From Thermoanaerobaculia bacterium (GTDB lineage: Bacteria; Acidobacteriota; Thermoanaerobaculia; Multivoradales; UBA5704): a DNA stretch of 32,860 bases. The notes under the pieces were generated by a model. That model was not told the DNA's origin and ran no database searches. It was given only the letters and a program-made list of their open reading frames with translations. Below are positions 1 through 6,998 of the stretch, one piece after another (position 1 is the stretch's first letter; each line of letters opens with the position of its first letter). Location: NCBI GenBank assembly GCA_045807605.1, contig JBJMGZ010000279.1, positions 1-32,860 on the forward strand, written 5' to 3'. Made by a program: the position numbers and the translations under genes.

Positions 1-78
1 CCTATTACATCAATGCCAGGATGATCACCGGGGCAGGGGCGGGCGACACCATCGAGCGTTCCCGGATGATCTGCACCT

Positions 79-1032
79 TCACTCCGGACTGAGCGTATCG
101 AGCGCTTCTCTCAGCACCTGATCGTCCGCTCGCCCTTCCTCCCGACGCGACGCTGGGAGGAAGGGCCGGGCGAGCTTCCTGCCGGCCAGCCTCAGACGCA
201 CCCCCCAGCGCAGCGCCCGCTCCGCTCTCGCCGCCCATCCCTCGCCCTTGTTCTTGCGCGCCCAGCGCAGCAGGTCGTTCCACAGCAGCCCGGGATTCTG
301 GCGGCCCAGCGAGCCGGGTCCGCGGCCGATCGTGGCCCCGTGGTGATGGAGGACGCGGAGCGCCGTCGCGATCTCGATCTCCCACCCGGCCCGCCGTACC
401 CTCGCGCAGAGGTCCAGGTCCTGGGCATAGAGCCGGAAGCGCTCGTCGAGCGGGCCGGCCTCGGCCCACGCCTCGCGGCGGATGGCGAGCGCCGCCCCGG
501 TCACCCAGCCGGCGCGCCGCGGCCCTTCCAGGGGCGTCAACGGCCGGGCGCGCCGGTAGAACGGCAGGCGCGCCAGCAGGGGAGGGATGCCGCTGGCGAG
601 GCCGAAGAGCCAGAGGAGCGACGGCTCGTCTCCGCCGCTCCACTGCGGGCTGCCGTCCGGATAGTGGAGCGCCGCGCCGATCACCCCGAGCGCGGGCTGC
701 GAGGAGAAACGTTCGAGCAGCGCGCCGATCCCGGCGGGCTCGACCTCGGTGTCGCTGTTGAGGAGGAGAAGGACGCCGCCCCGCGCGGCCCGCAGGCCGC
801 GGTTGGCGGCGCGGGTGAACCCCTCGGGGGATTCGTTGCGGAAAACCTGGACGGAAGGGAAGCGCGCCGCCACCGCCTCGGCCGTGCCGTCGCCGCCGCC
901 GTCGTCGACCAGGATGATCTCGAGGTCGGAGCGGCCGGCGGCGGCCAGCGAGCCGAGGCAGCGCAGGGCGAGCTCGCGCGTGTCGTGGGTGGGGATGACG
1001 ACGGACAGCCGAGGGAGCCTGAGCTCGGGCAT
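79..1032 (-). CDS. Family 2 glycosyltransferase (GT-A fold)
   Basis: 317-aa ORF with protein-like composition. GT2 signatures are 'LSVVIPTHD', 'IILVDDGGGDGT' and 'LLLNSDTEV' at the DxD-type position. Only 3 nt separate it from the upstream gene stop at 1036, so it is probably in the same operon. Confidence 0.85.
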   Translation of the reverse strand: MPELRLPRLSVVIPTHDTRELALRCLGSLAAAGRSDLEIILVDDGGGDGTAEAVAARFPSVQVFRNESPEGFTRAANRGLRAARGGVLLLLNSDTEVEPAGIGALLERFSSQPALGVIGAALHYPDGSPQWSGGDEPSLLWLFGLASGIPPLLARLPFYRRARPLTPLEGPRRAGWVTGAALAIRREAWAEAGPLDERFRLYAQDLDLCARVRRAGWEIEIATALRVLHHHGATIGRGPGSLGRQNPGLLWNDLLRWARKNKGEGWAARAERALRWGVRLRLAGRKLARPFLPASRREEGRADDQVLREALDTLSPE

Positions 1033-1035
1033 TCC

Positions 1036-2889
1036 CTAGGACCCGATCGTCTCCAGGCGCTCCATGATCTTGCGCGCCGTCATCTTCCAGCTCCAGCGCG
1101 CGGCCACCTCGGCGGCGGCGGCCTGGCCGCGCCGGCGCGCCTCGTCGCGGTTCTCGTAGACCTCGCGCAGCAGGTGCCGCAGGTGCTCGGGGTCCGGATC
1201 GGCCCAGGAGAAGCCGGCGTAGTAAGGGCATTTGGCCACGGCGGGCACGGTGCCGCGGATGCGCAGCGGATAGGCGATGCCGTCGTGGACGAACTCCTGG
1301 TGGGCGCCCCAGTCGGTGGCGATCGCCGGCAGGCCGCAGGCCATCGCCTCCATGAGCGGCATGTTCCAGCCCTCGCCGCGGCTGACCGCCACGAAGCAGT
1401 CCGCCGACCGGTAGAGCGAGCCGAGCTGGTAGTGCGGGAACTCCAGGTTGAAGAGATAGGAGATCCTGCCGCCGCTCTCCTTGAGGCCGAGCTTGCGGAT
1501 CTCCTGCTTGACGCCGAGGCCGGGGTCGCGGTTCATCACCTTGCACAGCAGGCGCACGGGCTCGTCCGCCGAGAAGGTCTCGTTGAAGGCGCGCAGGAGC
1601 AGCCAGGGCTCCTTGCGCTCTCCCCACTCGAAGATGGACAGGAAGACGAGCTCCCCCATCGGGTTGGGATGGGCCTGGAGGCCGGGATGGAAGTAGTTCG
1701 TGTCGACCCCGAGCTGCATCACGTGCACCGGCCGCTTCAGGCCGGCCGCGAGGAAGCCCTGGCGGTTGAACTCGGACGGCACCCAGACCTCGTCCATCTG
1801 ATTCGCCTGCCGCACCCACTCCTCGGGGAAGCCGTCGACCTCCAGCATGGTGTAGCCGACCTTGTAGCGCCCGCGGTTGCGCTGGAAGACGTCGCCCTGG
1901 CCGTAGACCACGGCGACCGCCGGGTGGGCCGGCGGCTCGCGCTGGGCGATCACGTTGAGCCGGTAATCGCCGCTGTTCTCCGGCTCGGGAACGGGGAAGG
2001 GGGAGCCGGCGCCGTAGACGTAGCGGTAGATCGTGCGCACCCCCTCCTGCTCGAGAGCGCGGAGGATCTCGCGGCTGCTCATGGCATAGCCGGAGGGGAA
2101 GTTCAGGATCGATTGCCAGAGCAGATCGCGCCGGTATCGCCCGTTCAGCTCCTTCTCCCACTTCTTGCGGAAGGCCTCCTGGCTCCGGCGGAACAGGCGC
2201 ATCAGCGCCCCCTGGTCGTCGCGGGTCGAGCCGTGCTCGTCGTGCACCAGGGTGACGTCGCCGCAGACCGCGGTGTCGAAGCCCGCCTGCCTGGCGCGCA
2301 GGCAGTAGTCCGTGTCCTCGAAGTACGACTCGAAGTCCAGCGCCAGACCGCCGATGGCGCGGATCAGCTCGCGCCGGATGTAGGCGCAGGCGAACACGAT
2401 CCCCTGGACCCGGCGCACGCCCGGGTACTGCCCGATGTCCCGCTCCAGGCCGCCGATCTGCTGTCCCCACATCGTATCCGGCAGGATGTAGGTGCCGGCG
2501 TGGAGCAGCTTGCCGCCCGGCTGGATCAGCCGGCAGCCGACGACCCCGATGTCAGGGGCCGAATGGGCGCACCCGCGCAGGCGCTGGAGCCAGTCGCGCT
2601 GCGTGAATTCCATGTCGTTGTTGAGCAGGACGATGTCGGATTCCGGGTCCGCGGCCTCGATCCCGGCGTTGTTGCCGCGCACGAAGCCGAGGTTGGCGGG
2701 CAGGGTGAGGGTGCGGACCCAGGGGATCTCCGCAAGCCGCTGCGGCGTCTCATCCGTCGAGCCGTTGTCGACGACCAGGACCTCGGCGCCGGTGAGATCG
2801 GTCTCGCGCAGGGTCTCCAGGCAGCGCCGGGTGAGAGGCCACTTGTTCCAGGCGAGGATGACGAGCGTGGCTTTGCGCGGCATGGACAT
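1036..2889 (-). CDS. Bifunctional glycosyltransferase, N-terminal GT2 domain fused to C-terminal GT4 (group 1) domain
   Basis: 617 aa. The N-terminus has 'LVILAWNKW...VLVVDNGSTDET...LLNNDMEF...FEDTDYCLRA' (GT2). The C-terminus has 'VAVSRGEGWNMPLMEAMACGLPAIATDWGAHQEFV' (GT-B/GT4 EX7E region). Its start ATG shares one base with the upstream stop (TGATG at 2887-2891). Confidence 0.85.
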   Translation of the reverse strand: MSMPRKATLVILAWNKWPLTRRCLETLRETDLTGAEVLVVDNGSTDETPQRLAEIPWVRTLTLPANLGFVRGNNAGIEAADPESDIVLLNNDMEFTQRDWLQRLRGCAHSAPDIGVVGCRLIQPGGKLLHAGTYILPDTMWGQQIGGLERDIGQYPGVRRVQGIVFACAYIRRELIRAIGGLALDFESYFEDTDYCLRARQAGFDTAVCGDVTLVHDEHGSTRDDQGALMRLFRRSQEAFRKKWEKELNGRYRRDLLWQSILNFPSGYAMSSREILRALEQEGVRTIYRYVYGAGSPFPVPEPENSGDYRLNVIAQREPPAHPAVAVVYGQGDVFQRNRGRYKVGYTMLEVDGFPEEWVRQANQMDEVWVPSEFNRQGFLAAGLKRPVHVMQLGVDTNYFHPGLQAHPNPMGELVFLSIFEWGERKEPWLLLRAFNETFSADEPVRLLCKVMNRDPGLGVKQEIRKLGLKESGGRISYLFNLEFPHYQLGSLYRSADCFVAVSRGEGWNMPLMEAMACGLPAIATDWGAHQEFVHDGIAYPLRIRGTVPAVAKCPYYAGFSWADPDPEHLRHLLREVYENRDEARRRGQAAAAEVAARWSWKMTARKIMERLETIGS

Positions 2890-3179
2890 CAGCGCGGTTC
2901 CGCCGGTTCCGCCACATTGAGCGAGCTCCAGAGGGCCTCCAGGGTCGGCTCGACCTCCGCCTGGGTCAGGGCCGTGGTCTCCTGCCAGAAGTCGGGATCG
3001 AAGGCTCCGAAGGGCAGGGGGGAGAGCCCGGCCGAGACCCGCGAGATGACCAGCAGGTCGCGGTGGCAGACGTGCTTCTGGATCAGCCGCAGCTCGCGGG
3101 AGCGCCGCTCCAGGAGAGCTTCGAGCGCGGCTACGCGGGACTTGAGCCGCGCGATCTCCTTCGTCTCGGCCGTCTCCAT
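2889..3179 (-). CDS. Small hypothetical protein with N-terminal coiled-coil segment
   Basis: 96 aa. 'KEIARLKSRVAALEALLERRSRELRLIQ' is heptad-like. It has no signal peptide. It sits between another coiled-coil ORF and the GT2-GT4 gene, with a 1-nt stop/start overlap. I recognise no family. Confidence 0.55.
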   Translation of the reverse strand: METAETKEIARLKSRVAALEALLERRSRELRLIQKHVCHRDLLVISRVSAGLSPLPFGAFDPDFWQETTALTQAEVEPTLEALWSSLNVAEPAEPR

Positions 3180-3183
3180 CAGC

Positions 3184-3483
3184 TCACCAGCTCCGCCTGA
3201 ACGGGCGCCGCAGGAGCTGGACGGCCCGCCATCCCTTGGAGCGGAGGACCGCCTGCTGGAAGTCGGCGAGCAGCGTCACCTCCCGCTGCAGCCGCTCGAT
3301 CTCCGAGACGGAGGGCGCGGCGGGTGCCGCGGGCGAGGCCGCGAGGTCCGGCCGCTCCGCCACGAGACGGGTCAGCCGGTCCTCCCGCTCGCGGCTCTCG
3401 AGCTGGCGCAGGCGGAGCTCGAAGGCTCTCGCCTCCAGCTCTCCACACTTTTCCGCTTCCAGGGTCTCGTCGAGTTTATCCAT
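3184..3483 (-). CDS. Small hypothetical coiled-coil protein, first gene of the minus-strand GT operon
   Basis: 99 aa. It has two charged heptad-like stretches ('ELEARAFELRLRQLESREREDRL', 'EIERLQREVTLLADFQQAVL') separated by an Ala/Pro linker. The basic tail is 'SKGWRAVQLLRRPFRRSW'. A 93-bp divergent intergenic region lies upstream. Confidence 0.5.
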   Translation of the reverse strand: MDKLDETLEAEKCGELEARAFELRLRQLESREREDRLTRLVAERPDLAASPAAPAAPSVSEIERLQREVTLLADFQQAVLRSKGWRAVQLLRRPFRRSW

Positions 3484-3576
3484 CCGAGTAAGGTTGCTGA
3501 CGTGAATGCGCGAAGGCGGCTGAGTATACTAACGCCCGCTCGCCGGCCGCAACCGTGGCCCCCGCTGCGATAGGCT

Positions 3577-4338
3577 ATGCGCGTGAACGCCGAAGCTCCC
3601 CAGCCAAGAACGCAGAAGATCTGCGTCGTGATGCCGGCCTACAACGCGGAGAAGACGCTCGAGCGCACCTACCGGGACCTGCCGCTCGAGTGGGTGGACG
3701 ACATCGTGCTGGTCGACGACGGCAGCCGGGACCGCACCGTCGAGATCTCCCGCCGGCTCGGCCTGCACACGATCGTCCATCCGAAGAACCGCGGCTACGG
3801 CGGCAACCAGAAGACCTGCTACGCCGAGGCGCTCGCCCGCGGGGCGGACATCGTCGCCATGGTCCACCCCGACCACCAGTACGACCCGAAGTACATCCCC
3901 GAGCTGGTCGCGCCGCTGCTGCGCCAGGAGTGCGACGCCGTCTTCGGCAGCCGCATGCTCGGCGGCAGACCGCTGGAGGGGGGCATGCCGAAGTGGAAAT
4001 ACTTCGCGAACCTCTTCCTCACGGCGGTGGCCAACGCCAGCTTCTACATCTTCCTCTCCGAGTATCACTCGGGCCTGCGCGCCTACAGCCGGCGCTACCT
4101 CGAAGCGGTGGACCTCGCGGCGAACTCCGACGACTTCGTGTTCGACACCGAGATCATCGCACAGGGGGTGGTGAAGGGGATGAGGATCCGGGAGATCCCG
4201 ATCGCCACGCGCTACTTCGACGAGGCGTCGCAGATCGGCTTCGGGCGCAGCGTCGTCTACGGGCTGTCGATCCTGAACGTGCTGTTCCGCTACAAGCTGC
4301 ACAAGAAGGGCATCTACCGCTCCAGGCTGTTCGCCTGA
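3577..4338 (+). CDS. GT2 glycosyltransferase, Dpm1/GtrB-like (candidate polyprenyl-phosphate sugar synthase)
   Basis: 253 aa. Motifs are 'ICVVMPAYNAEKTLE', 'VLVDDGSRDRT', 'NRGYGGNQKTCY', 'MVHPDHQYDP' and 'FGSRMLGG'. Its 3' end overlaps the convergent GT-C gene by 25 bp (4314-4338). Confidence 0.8.
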   Translation: MRVNAEAPQPRTQKICVVMPAYNAEKTLERTYRDLPLEWVDDIVLVDDGSRDRTVEISRRLGLHTIVHPKNRGYGGNQKTCYAEALARGADIVAMVHPDHQYDPKYIPELVAPLLRQECDAVFGSRMLGGRPLEGGMPKWKYFANLFLTAVANASFYIFLSEYHSGLRAYSRRYLEAVDLAANSDDFVFDTEIIAQGVVKGMRIREIPIATRYFDEASQIGFGRSVVYGLSILNVLFRYKLHKKGIYRSRLFA

Positions 4339-6341
4339 GCGCCTGCCGCCGCCAGGATGTCGACCGGATGGTCGGAGAGGCTGCCGCCGGCCTGATCGAA
4401 CCAGGCCACGCCCTCCTGAACCAGGGTGAGGCGGAGGAGATGGGGGCCCGCCAGGGCGGGGACCTGCACCCTGACGATCATCTCGAGCGTCCCGCCGACC
4501 GGGACGTCTTCGGGCAGGAGCGAGCGCTCGCCCTCGATCGGCAGGATGCCGCCGTCCGGAGCCAGCCAGCGGTAGGAGGCGGAGACGCGGACGGCGCCCG
4601 CCTGGAACGGCAGGCCGGAGGCCGCCCAGAAGGCGTCGCTGCGGTTGATCACCTTGACGGGGATGGAGATCTGCGAGCCGGCCACGGCCCGCTCGGGAAC
4701 CGCGGCCGAGAGGAACTCCGCCCCCGGCCTGGCGAGCGGCACCGGCTGGCGGAGCAGCGGCGGCGGCAGGAGACGCCGCCCGTCCTCTCCCACGTAGATG
4801 CGATAGCCGAAGGCGCGGAGCACCCGGTAGGGATGCCCCGAGCTGGCGAGCTGGTTCAGGAGGGACGCCTCCAGCGGGTCGGGTCCCAGCATCTCTCCCG
4901 GGAAGATCCAGGCGACCCGGTCCGTGTCGCGCAGCCGGCGGGAGTAGGGCGGGTAGCGGTCCCAGCCCATGTAGGGGGCAAAGACCAGCTTCTCGCCGGC
5001 GAAGAAGGTGGCCCTGTACGCGTCCCAGTAGCCGGCATACCCTCCGGCCAGCCCCTGCGACCGGAGCACCGGAAGCAGGCTGCGGAGCGGCACCCGCTGG
5101 GCTTCCACCTCCAGCGAGGGAGTCAGGTGGGAGTGGTCGACGAGCCAGAGGGTGGACTGGAGGGCGGGCAGAGCGACCGCGAGGAGGCCCGCCACGGCCA
5201 TGGAGGGGAAGTTCCGGCGGCCCCAGCGGACGAGGGCGGCGCCCACCAGCGGCAGCGCGCTCAGCCAGGGCAGGAGATAGCGGTTGGAGCCCGCGTCCTG
5301 GGGGTTCGGGCTGAGCACGAAGAGCAGGGCCACCAGGGGGATGAGCGCGACGAGCAGCCCCTCGGTCCACCTCCGGGCGCCCTCTTCCACCTCTTTCGCG
5401 AGCGGGCGGACCAAGCGGACGAGCGCCCGGATCCAGGCTGCCGCATAGACCAGGAGCAGGAGCGCGCCGAGAGCGGAGGAGAGCGGACCGAGCGCCGGCC
5501 CGTTGTAGAACTCCAGCGGCGTTTCGGGACCGAGATTCACCCCGAAGAGCGCCGGGATGCAGTCGCGCACCAGCAGCCGCACGTTCGAGAGCACCTGTGC
5601 CGCTCCGGCGAGAGCGTAGGCCGGACGCTTCGCGCCGCGGCCCGACGCGAGCAGCGCGATCTTGGGAGCCGCGCCGAGCGCGAACCCGGCGGCCGCGAGA
5701 GCTGCGGTGCCGAGGCGCTCGCGGAGCACCGGGAGGCTCCGGAGAGACAGGAGGAAGGCGATGCCGCCCGCGAGCAGGAGGAGCGCGAAGTAGGGCAGGT
5801 ACAGCTCGTAGATGTAGAGGCCGAAGCCGGCGAAGAAGCCGAGCGCCGCGAAGCGCAGGCGGCGGGCGGGCGCCCGCAGCGCGTGCAGGAAGCAGAGCAG
5901 CGTGAGAGTCCCCCAGGCGACGATCAGGCAGTAGCCGCCGGCGGCCAGCGTGCTCCAGAACAGGAGCTGCGGGGAGAAGACGGCCAGGAGGGCGGCGGCC
6001 GCCAGCCCCTCGGCCGCGCCGTAGAGAGCGCGGCCAAGGCTGAACACGGCCACGAGGAGCGCGAGGAACCCGACGACCGCGGAGAGCTTGAACGCCAGCG
6101 CGCTGGGACCCAGGACGGCGACGAAAGGGATCGCCAGGAGACCCTCGACGATCCCGTAGTACGTCGTGTCCCAGTTGAACGCCGAGACCTCCGTGCCGGC
6201 CAGGAGGTGCTGGACGGCGAGAGCGTCGACAGCCTCGTCGGACGTGAACGCCGCCTCGGCGTTGGCGAGCAGCGGGATCCGCAGCAGGAGGCTCGCCGCC
6301 AGGAGGAGGCCGAGAAGGAGGGCCCAGGTCCGGGTCCGCAT
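4314..6341 (-). CDS. GT-C type membrane glycosyltransferase (PMT/ArnT, GT39/GT83-like) with C-terminal soluble beta-rich domain
   Basis: 675 aa. It has many hydrophobic helices. The acidic motif 'FTSDEAVD' lies directly after TM1, at the GT-C catalytic loop position. The roughly 200-aa C-terminal domain is non-hydrophobic ('SQISIPVKVINRSDAFW...LLRLTLVQEGVAWFD'). Confidence 0.7.
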   Translation of the reverse strand: MRTRTWALLLGLLLAASLLLRIPLLANAEAAFTSDEAVDALAVQHLLAGTEVSAFNWDTTYYGIVEGLLAIPFVAVLGPSALAFKLSAVVGFLALLVAVFSLGRALYGAAEGLAAAALLAVFSPQLLFWSTLAAGGYCLIVAWGTLTLLCFLHALRAPARRLRFAALGFFAGFGLYIYELYLPYFALLLLAGGIAFLLSLRSLPVLRERLGTAALAAAGFALGAAPKIALLASGRGAKRPAYALAGAAQVLSNVRLLVRDCIPALFGVNLGPETPLEFYNGPALGPLSSALGALLLLVYAAAWIRALVRLVRPLAKEVEEGARRWTEGLLVALIPLVALLFVLSPNPQDAGSNRYLLPWLSALPLVGAALVRWGRRNFPSMAVAGLLAVALPALQSTLWLVDHSHLTPSLEVEAQRVPLRSLLPVLRSQGLAGGYAGYWDAYRATFFAGEKLVFAPYMGWDRYPPYSRRLRDTDRVAWIFPGEMLGPDPLEASLLNQLASSGHPYRVLRAFGYRIYVGEDGRRLLPPPLLRQPVPLARPGAEFLSAAVPERAVAGSQISIPVKVINRSDAFWAASGLPFQAGAVRVSASYRWLAPDGGILPIEGERSLLPEDVPVGGTLEMIVRVQVPALAGPHLLRLTLVQEGVAWFDQAGGSLSDHPVDILAAAGAQANSLER

Positions 6342-6352
6342 CAGAAACGCAG

Positions 6353-6378
6353 AAAAGGCGGTCCGGAGACCGCCCTTT
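6353..6378 (-). terminator. Intrinsic terminator downstream of the small TPCR-domain gene
   Basis: On the minus strand the stem is GGCGGTC, the loop TCCG and the return arm GACCGCC (plus-strand stem 6357-6363 / 6368-6374). It is followed by TTTTCTGCGTTTCTG. It lies 33 nt after the stop at 6411 and 12 nt before the ATG at 6341. Confidence 0.6.
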
Positions 6379-6410
6379 CGACCTGCACCTTGAAGCTGCG
6401 CGTCACCGGG

Positions 6411-6890
6411 CTACGGGACCGTGGCGAAGTAGCCGGTCACGTCGAAGACGATGTGTCCCGTCCCCGGGGAGGTCATCGAGTAGCGGAAGCTCACGTCGTC
6501 CGCGCCCCCGGCGTCCGGGCCGAGCGGCACGATGGCGCCGTTCGCCAGCGCGGACTCGCCGGCCAGGAAGTTCAGGGTCGAGACCACGGGCTCGGAAGCG
6601 CCCACCGGCCAGATGGTGATGTGGCCGCTCCGGTTCGGCGTGACGACCGTCACGTTCAGGGCCGCCGCCTTGGCGCCCACCGGCACGCCGCAGGTACCCT
6701 GGACCCGGATCGAATGAATGCCGTTGGCCAGTGGGGTCGTACCATCAAAGTCCGCCCGGGAGTCGTAAACCCGGCAGGGGGTGATGGCATAGAACCGGAA
6801 AGGACCGTCGGCCGAGGCGACGTCCGGTACCGCCGTCATGAGGGTGGCGAAAGCGAGCAAAGTGGCACTAAGAACGTAAATCCTCTTCAC
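6411..6890 (-). CDS. Small secreted protein consisting of one 'TPCR...GxCGVP...DVxGYF' domain (unknown function)
   Basis: A GTG start at 6890 is preceded by GGAGGAGG with a 7-nt spacer. The signal peptide is 'VKRIYVLSATLLAFATLMTAVPDVASA'. The mature domain is clearly homologous to the C-terminus of the FG-GAP protein at 10664-12562. The 712-aa track ORF (to 8549) upstream of this start is RGPA-rich shadow. Confidence 0.75.
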   Translation of the reverse strand: MKRIYVLSATLLAFATLMTAVPDVASADGPFRFYAITPCRVYDSRADFDGTTPLANGIHSIRVQGTCGVPVGAKAAALNVTVVTPNRSGHITIWPVGASEPVVSTLNFLAGESALANGAIVPLGPDAGGADDVSFRYSMTSPGTGHIVFDVTGYFATVP

Positions 6891-6998
6891 GTGTGGTCCT
6901 CCTCCTTTTTCAAGAGGATAACACAAACCGGCCGTCAAGTGCCATCCCTCCCTTTCGTCGTTGCGGCGGCTCCGGTTTCGCCTTAGGCTTCTGCGCCT

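Noticed and set aside
1-78. Possible partial gene or 15-aa ORF (MVSPAPAPVIILALM) downstream of the first GT2 gene.
   Set aside because: It is too short, has no SD and no recognisable motif, and the window edge prevents assessment.
5-3573. Very long ORFs in the track: 5-2470 (-, 821 aa) and 340-3573 (+, 1077 aa).
   Set aside because: They are extremely rich in Arg/Gly/Pro/Ala and have no recognisable motifs. They lie antisense or out of frame to ORFs with clear GT2/GT4 signatures. These are typical shadow ORFs of ~70% GC DNA, where stop codons are rare.
3484-3576. The palindromic AGTATACT in the divergent intergenic region, as a bidirectional -10 element.
   Set aside because: No acceptable -35 lies at 16-19 bp on either strand (the nearest TTGCTG is 25 nt away). 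This is too weak to call a promoter.
3529-6986. Long ORFs 3529-5370 (-) and 3555-6986 (+, 1143 aa), plus nested small ORFs.
   Set aside because: The composition argument is the same. They overlap the motif-bearing GT2 (3577-4338) and the hydrophobic GT-C gene (4314-6341) in other frames.
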